Shown here one piece after another: positions 18,981-29,611 of a DNA stretch of 32,000 bases. The notes under the pieces were generated by a model that was not told the origin of the DNA, did no database searches, and saw only the letters and a program-made list of their open reading frames with translations. Both the position numbers and the translations under genes were made by a program. The stretch lies in the NCBI RefSeq assembly GCF_021378375.1, contig NZ_CP076228.1:990001-1022000 (forward strand), in the 5' to 3' direction. The stretch's first letter is position 1, and every line of letters begins with the position of its first letter. This stretch comes from Wolbachia endosymbiont of Drosophila innubila (GTDB lineage: Bacteria; Pseudomonadota; Alphaproteobacteria; Rickettsiales; Anaplasmataceae).

Positions 18981-21524
18981 TTAACTATTTTTCTTGCCAA
19001 CCAGAGCGATGAAGATTTGGTCTACATCAAAACTCATCTTAGGACGCCAAATAGGGCCATCCAAATGCATATCGATATAGATTGGATTACTATAATTTGG
19101 TGGTATGAAAAAGAACCTGAATATAGAAGCTAAAGCGAAGTTAGATAAGGTTAAATTAGAAGAGATCGATCCTGATGCTTGATCAATCCCGAACTGTAAA
19201 CTAGTTGAACATATACCACTCTTAATACTTGCTTTTCCGCTAATATTTTCAAAAAATGTCTTGCCATTATATATATCAACATAAGCAAGTGTGGAAATTT
19301 CAGATTTATTCTTACTGCTTAACAAATTAGTGATAAATGAATTGAAATCTACATTAGTAACTTCTACTCCTTGCGCTTGTAAGTTTACATCTCCTGATAA
19401 GTTACTAGCCCAATCATGAAAACTTTTTCCTTGAGTTTTGATTTCACCATTTAAGCTTACCTGACCATTTACATTGTCAATTCCTATAACCTTACCAATC
19501 TTTTTAGTGTCCAAATTTACAATAGAAAATCTTGTATTTATTGAGTCTGATCTTAAATAACCCTGAAAAAACACTTGCCCGCGTTCTAATACGTAACTTG
19601 CCTGCCTGATAGTGATAGTGTTGTTTCTCATTACCGCATCCAAATTAAAATCTTTTAAAACATTCTGCTCGGTTTTAAATTCTGCAGTATTGATTTGCAC
19701 ATTTGCATCAAAGCCTTCTTTATCATCCAAAAAATCAAGCTGCTTTGTTGACCATTGAATTTGATCTATCTCATTTCTTGAATTTCTTTTCGTCTCTACT
19801 AAATTTGGTAATGTAATAATTTTTCCATTAAATTTACTGCCCGTAAGGTTAACATCTAATAAAGGGTTGGCGTATTTTTGATCTGCTAATATTTTTGCAT
19901 TACCGGTAATATCGAAATCTTCTCCAGATAGTTTTATTTTATCTGCAACTAGCTTACCTTTTTCCATTTTCAGCAAAAAATCCAAATTTTTAATTTTCGT
20001 ATCATTCAATGTAAGGTTATTAACACGGGCCTTTATATTTGTATCATACTGAAAATTTTTCAGCCATTGCATTTTAGGTAAACTGCTAAATAATGAATGA
20101 TCATATTTATCTGCATCAAGATTATGCATGCTAAATTCACCATCGATCACACTGCGTTTTTTTGTGTGGCTTACTCTAATTGATCCTTGCAAGGATTCCT
20201 TATTATTTAGCAGTCTAATGTCTGAGATAGATAATATTCTTGGTGCAAGGTGCAGTTTAGAACTTAGTGTAAATTGATTTTTCTGGTTTTCTTTCATCTT
20301 TATAGAAGGGAAAAAACATGAAATGAATGACTCAAAATCATTTCCTTCGACTAATAAATCACCGTTGAATTCAGATAGGACATTATTGTTTGAGATCTCT
20401 CCTGATAAGTAAGATATATTATTGATTCCAGGAAATTTAAGAAGCGTATTAACTTTTACTTTGCCATCAGTGGATTTTAGTACAGCACGGAAATTGTCCA
20501 ATATTTTGTTTTGATATTGAATGTTAGAAGCTTCCATATTAAAATTTAAGCTCAAGTTCTTTGGCACAACTGCTCTAAAACATTCCAGAAGATCCTTCAT
20601 ATTCATTGTTCTTTGTGAATCATTTTGTATGGAATCTAAATCAACTTTACTGAAGCTAATATTGAAATTAGTGTGATTGCCTTTTCTATCATTTTGTATT
20701 GTACCGCTGGCTTGCATGCTTTTGGAATCAATTTTTAAGTCAGTTGCCGTAAACTCACTTTCATTAAGACTTATATTGGATGATATCTTGATATTTTCGC
20801 TAGGAATAACACAAGAGAGAAAGCTAAGATTAATGATTTTTGCTAAATCACTCACAGAACCGGAACTGTTATTAATTGTTAATGTTAAATTACCCTGGAG
20901 TTCTTCTTGATTTCTATTACCTGTAAATAGCAAATTTACAAAATTTGATTCAACACTAATGTGTACATTCCTTTTTGTGATATTAACCTTTCCTGAAAAA
21001 TCGTAATTATTATCACCTACCTTTACTTTACCAAAAAACTGCTTATTTTTTTTTACAGCAACTTCCTTTATGTTAACAATATCAGCGAAATCATTCTTGA
21101 AACTTACTTGGCTGTCTTTTATTACTATATCGACTGTGTTACCACTGGCGTTTGTATTTATAATATTAAGTAAATTTTCTTTGTTGCTTTTCATGCCAAA
21201 CAATGTGATTGACTTTGGTTGCAACGAAAATAAAAACAACGATAGGAATGATGGCCTTATTTCAATTTTTCTTACACTAATTAAATCTGACAACTTTTGC
21301 TCTTTATTTTCGTTGTATTGTACGTATACATTATAAATAGTGAGCTTTGGGGTAATCAACGAAACTTTAATTTTTCCCCCAATATGCACTTTAGCATCAT
21401 ACGTCTTCTCTAACTCTTTTATGATATATTTCCTGTAGCCACTCCAATCCTTAAAAGTTGCAGCAACATGCATGAGAATTAATAGCAGTGAGATTGATAA
21501 TATAGCATATAAAGAAAGTCTCAT
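18981..21524 (-). CDS. AsmA-family / large membrane-associated protein
   Basis: 847 aa; N-terminal membrane helix followed by IKVSLITPKLTIYNVYVQYN..., long beta-rich repetitive architecture and C-terminal GSISSNLTLSNFALASIFRFFF...MHLDGPIWRPKMSFD, typical of AsmA-like proteins. Confidence 0.8.
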   Translation of the reverse strand: MRLSLYAILSISLLLILMHVAATFKDWSGYRKYIIKELEKTYDAKVHIGGKIKVSLITPKLTIYNVYVQYNENKEQKLSDLISVRKIEIRPSFLSLFLFSLQPKSITLFGMKSNKENLLNIINTNASGNTVDIVIKDSQVSFKNDFADIVNIKEVAVKKNKQFFGKVKVGDNNYDFSGKVNITKRNVHISVESNFVNLLFTGNRNQEELQGNLTLTINNSSGSVSDLAKIINLSFLSCVIPSENIKISSNISLNESEFTATDLKIDSKSMQASGTIQNDRKGNHTNFNISFSKVDLDSIQNDSQRTMNMKDLLECFRAVVPKNLSLNFNMEASNIQYQNKILDNFRAVLKSTDGKVKVNTLLKFPGINNISYLSGEISNNNVLSEFNGDLLVEGNDFESFISCFFPSIKMKENQKNQFTLSSKLHLAPRILSISDIRLLNNKESLQGSIRVSHTKKRSVIDGEFSMHNLDADKYDHSLFSSLPKMQWLKNFQYDTNIKARVNNLTLNDTKIKNLDFLLKMEKGKLVADKIKLSGEDFDITGNAKILADQKYANPLLDVNLTGSKFNGKIITLPNLVETKRNSRNEIDQIQWSTKQLDFLDDKEGFDANVQINTAEFKTEQNVLKDFNLDAVMRNNTITIRQASYVLERGQVFFQGYLRSDSINTRFSIVNLDTKKIGKVIGIDNVNGQVSLNGEIKTQGKSFHDWASNLSGDVNLQAQGVEVTNVDFNSFITNLLSSKNKSEISTLAYVDIYNGKTFFENISGKASIKSGICSTSLQFGIDQASGSISSNLTLSNFALASIFRFFFIPPNYSNPIYIDMHLDGPIWRPKMSFDVDQIFIALVGKKNS

Positions 21525-21527
21525 AAT

Positions 21528-23015
21528 TTACACATGCTTAAAGTTTCCCTTAAATATTAAATAGAGAATACCAAAATAAACAATAACACTCAAAGCTATT
21601 AAAGTCGTTAAATAAACAATACGAGCCAACATTTTATCAAAAAATAATCCTGCCAACAAAGAATTAAAAATATAAAGGGCTATTGACATGACTGCCGTTG
21701 CTACAAAAATTTTCATGACATTTAACAATAACGCTTGGCTAACCTTATACATTTTATTTATTGTTAAATAACTAATTAATAGAATAGAGTTTATCCAAGT
21801 GGAAACGGAAGTAGCAATAGCAATCCCCGTATGCTGATACTCGTTCATTAACAAAAGGTTTAGCACTACATTAATTCCAAGACACATTAGCGAAAATATG
21901 GTTGGTATTTTCAGATTGCCTTTAGCAAAAAATGTAGGTAGCAATACTTTATTTATAATAAATGCAGGTAAAGAAAGAGAAAATGCTATTAAAGTGGGAA
22001 CAGTTTGCTGCACTGCATAATGATCAAACCGGCCGTAAGAAAAAAGGGTAAGTAAAATTATGTCGGGAATAATGATAAAGGCAGCAGTTGTTGGCATAAT
22101 TAACATTAATCCTATGTTGAGAGCCTTGTTCTGTATTTTGACTATATTTTCAGTATTATCCACCTGTTTTGAAATTAAAGGAAGAAGCACTGTACCAATT
22201 GCAGTACCGATTATTCCCTGCGGTAGTTGATTTAGTCTATCGGCATAATATATATAGGACACCGCATTTGGTATAAAACTCGCCATGATTGTATCAATCC
22301 ATAAGCTTATTTGAGTTACACAATTGTTGATAATTGCAGGTATCACACGCTTAAAAAATAACCTTACTTCATTGCTTAATTCAAGGCTAAAAGAAAAAGC
22401 TGCCTTTAACTTGTATGCACTAAATAGTATCAAAAGTAGCTGGAAAATTCCTCCTATAAGGACAGCTATAGAAAGGTTGTGCGCTGGAGTTTTTACGTAA
22501 GGCACAAACAAACTGATGATTAAACAGAGATTCAAAACGATTGGTGCAATAGCTGTTGAAGCAAAATGCTGCTTTACTTGCAGCATTCCACCAATAAGTG
22601 ATGCAATTGAAACAAAGATTATGTAGGGCATCATAATTCTTGATAAAGTAACAGTAAGGGTAAACTTACTTTGGTCAAATCCAGGAGCAAAAATTTGAAT
22701 CATATAAGGGGAGAAAGTTTGCATGATAAGGCAAAAAATTACTAAGATAATAAACGTAATGGATATTACACTACTTGCAAAATTAAATGCCTTTTTATTA
22801 TCATATGATTCTGTCGAATATAATGGTATGAATGAGGTAGTGAACGCTCCTTCTGCAAAAAATGCTCGAAATAGATTGGCAAAACGAAACGAAGAAAAAA
22901 ATATGTCTGCAAGAGAGTTCGCACCAATAACCGTAGCAATCAATACATCTCTTATTAACCCTGAGATCCTTGAAATAGCCGTAAAAAAACTAAATGTGAA
23001 AATACTTTTAAACAT
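21528..23015 (-). CDS. murJ: lipid II flippase MurJ (MviN)
   Basis: 495 aa; contains TAISRISGLIRDVLIATVIGANSLADIFFSSFRFANLFRAFFAEGAFTTSFIPLY, GGMLQVKQHFASTAIAPIVLNL and YYADRLNQLPQGIIGTAIGTVLLPLIS. Confidence 0.96.
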   Translation of the reverse strand: MFKSIFTFSFFTAISRISGLIRDVLIATVIGANSLADIFFSSFRFANLFRAFFAEGAFTTSFIPLYSTESYDNKKAFNFASSVISITFIILVIFCLIMQTFSPYMIQIFAPGFDQSKFTLTVTLSRIMMPYIIFVSIASLIGGMLQVKQHFASTAIAPIVLNLCLIISLFVPYVKTPAHNLSIAVLIGGIFQLLLILFSAYKLKAAFSFSLELSNEVRLFFKRVIPAIINNCVTQISLWIDTIMASFIPNAVSYIYYADRLNQLPQGIIGTAIGTVLLPLISKQVDNTENIVKIQNKALNIGLMLIMPTTAAFIIIPDIILLTLFSYGRFDHYAVQQTVPTLIAFSLSLPAFIINKVLLPTFFAKGNLKIPTIFSLMCLGINVVLNLLLMNEYQHTGIAIATSVSTWINSILLISYLTINKMYKVSQALLLNVMKIFVATAVMSIALYIFNSLLAGLFFDKMLARIVYLTTLIALSVIVYFGILYLIFKGNFKHV

Positions 23016-23166
23016 ACCACTACTTCATTAGTGTCAATACAATTAACTATAATGGTAAAAGTATCAATGAAAATATTTATTGGCTAAACTTAAAACCCTC
23101 TGCAAAAGGAGAGTTAAATAATCAATTGACTATTTGCGCTCTTATGTTAGAAATTTTATATCTTGG

Positions 23167-23243
23167 CGGGCGTAGCTCAGTTGGTAGAGCGTCAGTTTGT
23201 GGTACTGAATGTCGCCAGTTCGATCCTGGTCGCTCGCCCCACT
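23167..23243 (+). tRNA. trnH: tRNA-His (anticodon GUG), with encoded G-1 and encoded CCA; ends may be off by 1-2 nt
   Basis: GGCGGGCGTAGCTCAGTTGGTAGAGCGTCAGTTTGTGGTACTGAATGTCGCCAGTTCGATCCTGGTCGCTCGCCCCA folds into a cloverleaf: acceptor GCGGGCG/CGCTCGC, anticodon loop TTGTGGT, T-arm CCAG-TTCGATC-CTGG, G-1 opposite C73. Confidence 0.93.
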
Positions 23244-23268
23244 AAAACCCGATAATTTGAAAAACCGT

Positions 23269-23317
23269 CATCCCGCTGCTTGTTAGCGGGATCTAGAGAT
23301 ACCGTGACGGTATGACG
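23269..23317. repeat. single copy of the palindromic REP-like element (degenerate second hairpin)
   Basis: GTCATCCCGCTGCTTGTTAGCGGGATCTAGAGATACCGTGACGGTATGAC immediately downstream of the tRNA. Confidence 0.8.
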
Positions 23318-23428
23318 TGAGTTAGCTATACATTGGCCACTGATGATTGAAATAGTTAATTACTGTAAAATTTGACATTAACCGCTAATAGTTAGAATAT
23401 TAGTAGAGTAAGAATTACTCAAGAAGGC

Positions 23429-25363
23429 ATGCATAAATATGATGTAGTAGTAGTAGGTGGTGGTCATGCAGGGTGCGAAGCTGCTGCTGCTGCAGCTCGC
23501 CTTGGTGCAAACACGCTGCTTATAACTCATAAAATTTCAACTATAGGGGAAATGTCCTGCAATCCAGCAATCGGAGGAGTTGCAAAGGGCGTTGTAGTCA
23601 GGGAAGTTGACGCTCTTGATGGAATAATGGGAAGAGCAATCGATCAAGCAAGTATACACTCAGTCATTTTAAATAGCAGCAGAGGTGCAGCAGTATGGGG
23701 CCCGCGTGCACAGGCAGACCGAAAATTATACAAGCAAGCAATACAGGAAATTATTCTAAATTATAATAATTTGACGGTAAAAGAAGAGTCGGTTGACGAT
23801 TTTCTTATAGAGAGTAATAACAATGGAGAATTGTGCATTAAAGCTGTAATAACAAGCTCAGGGGAGCATATACTGACAAGTAAAGTCGTTCTAACTACAG
23901 GGACTTTTCTGCGGGGTGTGATTCATATAGGAGAGCAGGTAACTCCTTCAGGGAGAATGGGAGATAAGCCTGCAGTAGAACTTGCAAATACGTTGAAGAA
24001 ATATAATTTTAAATTAGGTAGATTGCGTACTGGAACTCCACCGAGGCTTGATCGTGGCACTATAAACTGGTCAATATTGCAAGAACAAGTGGGTGATAAT
24101 CCACCTGTGCCGTTTTCTTATCTCACAGAAAAAATTAACCAACCTCAGGTATCATGCTTTATTACCCATACTAATGAAAACACGCATAAAATAATTAGAG
24201 AGAATCTGCACAGGTCAGCTTCTTCGTATTTGGATGATATTATAGCACCAAGATACTGCCCATCAATTGAAGTTAAAGTTAATAAATTTGCAGAAAAAAG
24301 TAGTCATCAAATATTTCTAGAGCCAGAAGGCCTGGATGATGATACTGTATACCCGAACGGAATTTCAAATTCATTGCCTATTGAAGTGCAGCGTGAAATG
24401 ATAAAGAGTATCAAAGGACTTGAAAACGCAGAAATACTAAGGCCTGGATATGCAGTTGAGTATGACTATATTGACCCACGAGAGCTGTTTCATACTCTTG
24501 AAACTAAGAAAATTAAAGGCCTATATTTTGCTGGCCAAATTAATGGCACCACTGGATATGAAGAAGCAGCAGGGCAAGGAATTATTGCCGGGATCAATGC
24601 AGCACTTTCTGCATCTGAAAAAAAAGAAAGCTTTGTTCTTCATCGCACAGACTCATATATCGGCGTAATGATAGATGATCTAGTCATCAAAGGGGTGATC
24701 GAACCTTATAGATTATTTACCTCGCGTGCAGAATATAGGCTAGCTATCAGGTCAGACAATGCAGATAGAAGATTAACACAAAAAGGTTATGATATTTCCC
24801 TTGTTTCGCATGAGAGATACTCTGTTTTACAGAATAAACTTGAATCCATTAAGCAGCTTGAAGAGAAGTTAGGGAGTCTGACGATTACTCCTGAGCAGCT
24901 TAGGTCTTATGGTATCAAAATATCTTATGATGGGATAAGAAAAACGGCACTAGATTTACTTAGCTATCCAAACATCGACTGGAATAAATTACAAGAAATA
25001 TGGCCGGAGTTAAGCAGCGTCACGCGCTGGAATGGCAAAATGGGACACACCAAAGCGGATAATAGAGCTAAGAATGAAATATGCGAAGCGGTTGAAATTG
25101 AAGCAAAATATAAACCCTACCTAATAAGACAAGAAGCAGATATGAAGTTTTTACGAGAGGAAATTAACACTCAAATTCCAATCAACTTCAACTATTCACA
25201 AGTTAAAGGCTTGTCAAGTGAGGTAATAGAAAAGCTACAAACAATAAAACCAGCGACGATTGGCATTGCAAAGCAAATACAAGGCATCACTCCCGCAGCG
25301 ATAGTGAGCATATTAGTGTATTTGAGAAACAGGAAAACGAAAGTAGCTGCTAGTTTTGCGTGA
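23429..25363 (+). CDS. mnmG: tRNA uridine-5-carboxymethylaminomethyl modification enzyme MnmG (GidA)
   Basis: 644 aa; contains [84 protein letters not shown] and [14 protein letters not shown]-type C-terminus. Confidence 0.98.
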   Translation: MHKYDVVVVGGGHAGCEAAAAAARLGANTLLITHKISTIGEMSCNPAIGGVAKGVVVREVDALDGIMGRAIDQASIHSVILNSSRGAAVWGPRAQADRKLYKQAIQEIILNYNNLTVKEESVDDFLIESNNNGELCIKAVITSSGEHILTSKVVLTTGTFLRGVIHIGEQVTPSGRMGDKPAVELANTLKKYNFKLGRLRTGTPPRLDRGTINWSILQEQVGDNPPVPFSYLTEKINQPQVSCFITHTNENTHKIIRENLHRSASSYLDDIIAPRYCPSIEVKVNKFAEKSSHQIFLEPEGLDDDTVYPNGISNSLPIEVQREMIKSIKGLENAEILRPGYAVEYDYIDPRELFHTLETKKIKGLYFAGQINGTTGYEEAAGQGIIAGINAALSASEKKESFVLHRTDSYIGVMIDDLVIKGVIEPYRLFTSRAEYRLAIRSDNADRRLTQKGYDISLVSHERYSVLQNKLESIKQLEEKLGSLTITPEQLRSYGIKISYDGIRKTALDLLSYPNIDWNKLQEIWPELSSVTRWNGKMGHTKADNRAKNEICEAVEIEAKYKPYLIRQEADMKFLREEINTQIPINFNYSQVKGLSSEVIEKLQTIKPATIGIAKQIQGITPAAIVSILVYLRNRKTKVAASFA

Positions 25364-25371
25364 GGCATTCC

Positions 25372-27039
25372 ATGTCAAAAATCAAAGAATTTCGTTCTTT
25401 TATGCACGAAATAAACGTTGATGCATTTGTGTTACATACTAAAGACGAATATTTAAATGAGTATTCAGAGGAGCTAACAAAGCTGTGTGGCTTCACAGGA
25501 ACAAATGGGCTGCTTATTGTCACAAAAAACAACAAGTGCCAATTTTTTACAGATGGACGCTATATCACACAAGCTCACAATCAGCTCGATCAGGGCAATT
25601 TTCAAGTATATAATATACAAGAAGAGGATCCACGCGAATGGATAAAAGCAAACTTAACATCGACTGCCTCACTAGGTTATTATTTGCAATATTTTACCAT
25701 GGAAGATATAAGAAAGTATGAGAATATCTGTAAATTAATACCCTGTTTAGCTGGAAAAAAAAGTGACTATCGAAAACAAGCAGTGGTTTTACATTCTATT
25801 AAATATGCTGGTGAAAGTAGTAAGGACAAATGTGAAAAAGTCGCTAAAAGTATAGATAAAGAAGCTGAAGCAGTGCTTTTAACTGATCCAAATTCAATTT
25901 CATGGTTATTAAATTTAAGAAACGAAAATGCTAAATATACTCCATGTATATTGGGTCGTGCTATATTGTATAAAAGCGGTAATGTTGATTTGTTTATTCA
26001 AGATAAAGAACATTCAACTATAGAAGCAAATTTAGGCAATCATATAAATATTTTTGATATCAGTGAGCTAGAAAATTCGCTGCACAAGCTAAATTCAATA
26101 GTTATAGATCCAAACACAACTCCAATGAGTATCATGGCTGTAATAAAAGATAAACAGGTAGCTGAAAGAGAGGATCCTTGTTTAATTTATAAAGCAGTAA
26201 AAAATCAAACTGAAATAGCTGGGGCTATAAATGCGCACATCAGAGATGGAGTGGCAGTTACAAATTTTCTACATTGGCTTGAAAGTAATGTTGGTACAGA
26301 GCTTGAAGCTGAAGAAAGGATTTTAGAATACAGAAAAGAGCAGAATTTGTTTAAACAATTGAGCTTTCCAACAATTTCTGCATTTAATGAGAATGGGGCA
26401 ATAATTCACTATCGTGCAAGCAGTAAGACGAATAAAGTAATTCAGAAAGATGGACTGTATTTGATTGACTCTGGTGGCCAGTACCTTGACGGCACAACTG
26501 ATGTGACAAGAACTGTAGTAGTTGGTAATCCGACCAATGAGCAAATAACCCACTATACAATAGTACTCAAAGCTCACATTGCTATAGCAAGTGTCGTCTT
26601 TCCCCCCGGCACTACTGGTGGAGAATTGGATATATTGGCACGTACGCATTTATGGAAATTTGGAATGGACTATATGCATGGTACAGGGCATGGAGTAGGA
26701 AGTTACCTATCAGTACACGAAGGACCACAAGCAATATCAAAAAGTAATAAAGTGAAACTCACGCCAGGGATGATACTTTCCAACGAACCTGGCTATTACA
26801 TTCCGGGAGAGTATGGAATAAGGATTGAAAATCTGATGTATGTCAACAGACAAGAAAACGGCTTCTTAAACTTCAAACAACTGACCTCTATTCCATATGA
26901 TAGAAGACTAATAAATGTGCAAATGCTTACTAAGGATGAAATTGAATGGATAAATGGCTACCATCAATTTGTCTATAAAAACTTAGAAAATAGCGTCAAA
27001 GATAAGGAGTGGTTAAAGAAAGTATGTGACCCTTTATAA
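25372..27039 (+). CDS. pepP: Xaa-Pro aminopeptidase (M24B; aminopeptidase P). ORF track begins at GTG 25360; ATG 25372 (MSKIKEF) is the more likely start
   Basis: LYLIDSGGQYLDGTTDVTRTVV, FKFGMDYMHGTGHGVGSYLSVHEGP, GMILSNEPGYYIPGEYGIRIENL: metal ligands of M24 peptidases. Confidence 0.95.
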   Translation: MSKIKEFRSFMHEINVDAFVLHTKDEYLNEYSEELTKLCGFTGTNGLLIVTKNNKCQFFTDGRYITQAHNQLDQGNFQVYNIQEEDPREWIKANLTSTASLGYYLQYFTMEDIRKYENICKLIPCLAGKKSDYRKQAVVLHSIKYAGESSKDKCEKVAKSIDKEAEAVLLTDPNSISWLLNLRNENAKYTPCILGRAILYKSGNVDLFIQDKEHSTIEANLGNHINIFDISELENSLHKLNSIVIDPNTTPMSIMAVIKDKQVAEREDPCLIYKAVKNQTEIAGAINAHIRDGVAVTNFLHWLESNVGTELEAEERILEYRKEQNLFKQLSFPTISAFNENGAIIHYRASSKTNKVIQKDGLYLIDSGGQYLDGTTDVTRTVVVGNPTNEQITHYTIVLKAHIAIASVVFPPGTTGGELDILARTHLWKFGMDYMHGTGHGVGSYLSVHEGPQAISKSNKVKLTPGMILSNEPGYYIPGEYGIRIENLMYVNRQENGFLNFKQLTSIPYDRRLINVQMLTKDEIEWINGYHQFVYKNLENSVKDKEWLKKVCDPL

Positions 27040-27159
27040 GCAAAGGAGCATTTTTTATTATTTAAAAAGTATTAATGCAATTGTGATGAGTATTATATAT
27101 TGTTTTTAATTTAAAAACAATATATAATAAAGAACCGGTATTTTCAAGTAGGTGTAATT

Positions 27160-27525
27160 ATGACAAGTAAAGTGCAAGAAGATGAATTTATGAAGCAGTA
27201 TATGGATACTTGCAAAGAGCAAATAGAAAAATTAGCCAAGGATCCTGAATTGCTTAATCAGACTTTAAAACCATTTATGCAAATGTCTCAGCAGCTTATG
27301 GCTGGCGGTATGTTAGAAGGTGATATGCCTAACATGATACCTGATTTGGACAGCATGGATGCTAACAAGATGATTGCTCAGATGAAGGAAATGATTGACT
27401 ACATAAGAGGTAACTATAAGGAACTAATGAAAGAGCGCAGCTCGCAAATTCAAGAGCTTGATGAATCCAGTAAGAAGCTAAGAGGTTTAGTTAAAAAATT
27501 GATAGAAAAGATCGAAAGTAAGTAA
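27160..27525 (+). CDS. hypothetical protein, 121 aa, helical and acidic/methionine-rich
   Basis: ATG-started ORF with plausible composition (LNQTLKPFMQMSQQLMAGGMLEGDMPNMIPDLDSMDANKMIAQM). No recognised domain. Confidence 0.7.
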   Translation: MTSKVQEDEFMKQYMDTCKEQIEKLAKDPELLNQTLKPFMQMSQQLMAGGMLEGDMPNMIPDLDSMDANKMIAQMKEMIDYIRGNYKELMKERSSQIQELDESSKKLRGLVKKLIEKIESK

Positions 27526-27599
27526 ATAACATCTGGATTTCTGTCATTCTATATACAACTTTCTAGTTGGACGGTAAGTCGAGGTCAATTGTTGATGTC

Positions 27600-27624
27600 A
27601 TGCAAGTAGTGTAGCTACTTGCAT
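27600..27624. repeat. palindrome ATGCAAGTAG-TGTAG-CTACTTGCAT (10-bp perfect stem)
   Basis: Direct reading. The related string CAGCTACTTGCATGAC also occurs at about 10446-10461 and 14852-14867. Confidence 0.8.
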
Positions 27625-27744
27625 AGCATTTATACCAATTTTCGTAAATAAATAAGGTACGTTGCTTAAGGCTGCAGTTATAGTGAGGTATTTTTTCTAG
27701 TTTGTTTTCTTATTTCTGAGGTTTATAGCTAAGGTTTTCCCTAC

Positions 27745-27798
27745 GTCATACCGCGATTCATTCGCGGTATCTCAGCCGCTAACGAGTAGCGGAATGAC
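27745..27798. repeat. palindromic REP-like element, inverted orientation relative to the 13 kb and 15 kb arrays
   Basis: Reverse complement reads GTCATTCCGCTACTCGTTAGCGGCTGAGATACCGCGAATGAATCGCGGTATGAC, differing at one base from the unit at 13172-13225. Confidence 0.9.
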
Positions 27799-27886
27799 GG
27801 TTTTTCAAATCGTCGATGAACCTAAGTCACTTTATCTGTAGTATCGGGAACGTAATTGCACATTGGTTTTACAAATTTGAAAATTA

Positions 27887-28567
27887 GTGTTAAATAAAAA
27901 TATAAACGCAAAAGGAAAAGAAATGATTGAACTTAAAGGCCCAGAAATTTGTGCAGGCGGAAATAAGAAAAATTTGATTATTTTTTTACATGGTTGGGGC
28001 TCAAGTGGCGATAATTTCATTCACCTTGCTAAAGTTATGAGCAAGTTTTTACTGGGTTCATATTTTACAGTACCCAATGCTCCGTTTGAAAGAGAAATAG
28101 GTGATGGTTATCAGTGGTTCAGCTTGGAAGATCGTAGTGAGGAAGCGCTATATAATGGAGTAAAAAATGCTACATCAATTGTAAATCATTTCATTGATAC
28201 AAAATTAAAGGAGCTTAATTTAAAAGATACGCAACTTTCTTTAGTTGGATTTTCTCAAGGAGCAATGCTTGCAATACATACAGCTCTCACCCGCTCTCAA
28301 TCCTGTGCATCAGTTGTTGCATACTCTGGTAGGTTTCTTTCACCTTCAAAAACTGCACCAGAGATCAAATCAAAACCTAACATATGTGTTATCCATGGTG
28401 ATGCTGACGACGTGGTACCTTTTTCGTCCCTCGACTTAGCGGTTAAAGCTCTGAAAGAAAATGGAGTAAATGTTGAAGGACACCCAATTCATGCATTAGG
28501 GCATATTATTAATGAAGAGGGAATAAAATTAGGAGTAGAATTTATCAAGAAGAATTTTAAAAATTAA
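27887..28567 (+). CDS. phospholipase/carboxylesterase-family alpha/beta hydrolase (true start may be the ATG at about 27923, MIELKG)
   Basis: LIIFLHGWGSSGDNFIHLA, VGFSQGAMLAIHTAL (GXSXG nucleophile), VIHGDADDVVPFS and GHIINEEG: catalytic Ser/Asp/His of the family. Confidence 0.92.
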   Translation: MLNKNINAKGKEMIELKGPEICAGGNKKNLIIFLHGWGSSGDNFIHLAKVMSKFLLGSYFTVPNAPFEREIGDGYQWFSLEDRSEEALYNGVKNATSIVNHFIDTKLKELNLKDTQLSLVGFSQGAMLAIHTALTRSQSCASVVAYSGRFLSPSKTAPEIKSKPNICVIHGDADDVVPFSSLDLAVKALKENGVNVEGHPIHALGHIINEEGIKLGVEFIKKNFKN

Positions 28568-28572
28568 TTTTC

Positions 28573-29379
28573 ATGCACTTGTTTTGCTTTGGTTATGGAT
28601 ATGTAGCTAAATTTTTATCGAAAAAATTACTGAACTTAGGTTGGAAAGTCAGTGGCACATCAAGAAGTAAAAATATACAAGATGTAATCCTCTTTAATTA
28701 TGAGAAAGTTAGTCAAGATCTGCTTAAAAGCGCAACGCACGTTTTAATTTCTATTCCTCCAGATGGCGATGATGTTGTGGAGAGATACGGTGATTGCCTG
28801 CAAAATGTAAAATGGTTCGGTTATTTGTCTGCAACTAGCGTCTATGGTGATCACTCTGGTAATTGGGTGAATGAGGAATCTGAAACAAAACCTATAGAAA
28901 TCAGAGGAGAAAAGCGCCTTAGATCTGAAAAGAGGTGGCTGAATAGCAGATTGCCTGTACATATTTTTCGTTTAGCTGGAATATACGGTCCTGGTAGGAA
29001 CGTGTTAATTGACTTGCAGCTTGGCAAAGCAAGGAATGTGAAAAAAGAAGGGCATTTTTTTTCTCGTATTCACGTTGAAGATATATCAAATATTTTATTT
29101 TCTTCCATGCAAAACATAAAACCTGGTGAAATATACAATTGTGCAGACGATTTACCCACTACACAATCTGAAGTGGTAATATATGCGACCAAACTTCTCA
29201 ATGTTAGCCCTCCAGAACCAATTGAGTTACCAGATTATGCACAGAGTTTTTATTTAGGATCAAAGAGAGTAAGTAATGTTAAAATTAAAAAAGATCTTAA
29301 TGTCTCTCTAATTTATCCTAACTACAAGGTGGGATTAGAGAGTTTGCACGTAAACAAAACTGAAATCACATCAGAATGA
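28573..29379 (+). CDS. NAD-dependent epimerase/dehydratase-like (extended SDR) protein
   Basis: 268 aa; FCFGYGYVAKFLSKKLLNLGWKVSGTSRS (Rossmann-like), WFGYLSATSVYGDHSGNWVNE, HIFRLAGIYGPGRN, RIHVEDISNILF. Confidence 0.88.
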   Translation: MHLFCFGYGYVAKFLSKKLLNLGWKVSGTSRSKNIQDVILFNYEKVSQDLLKSATHVLISIPPDGDDVVERYGDCLQNVKWFGYLSATSVYGDHSGNWVNEESETKPIEIRGEKRLRSEKRWLNSRLPVHIFRLAGIYGPGRNVLIDLQLGKARNVKKEGHFFSRIHVEDISNILFSSMQNIKPGEIYNCADDLPTTQSEVVIYATKLLNVSPPEPIELPDYAQSFYLGSKRVSNVKIKKDLNVSLIYPNYKVGLESLHVNKTEITSE

Positions 29380-29611
29380 TAGATAGGCTTATTGTCACTG
29401 CCATTAAGTTAAGGAAAGAATGGTTAAAAACTGAACTAAAAAGTCAGAAATAATTAAGGATTTATGACAAATGCTGAAACAGAATAGAGTAAACTTTAAA
29501 GCAGATAAACTCTGAAGTGTAAATTACTTAAGAAATAGTGACCTTACCCAGAAAAAGTGGAGAGAAAGAAAAGAGTTTTTTTGGGTAAAATAAAATTTTG
29601 GAGGATTAGAA

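Noticed and set aside
24450-24668. 72-aa + strand ORF inside mnmG; similarly 28245-28439 inside the hydrolase gene
   Set aside because: Same-strand alternative-frame ORFs wholly inside conserved genes; no family resemblance.
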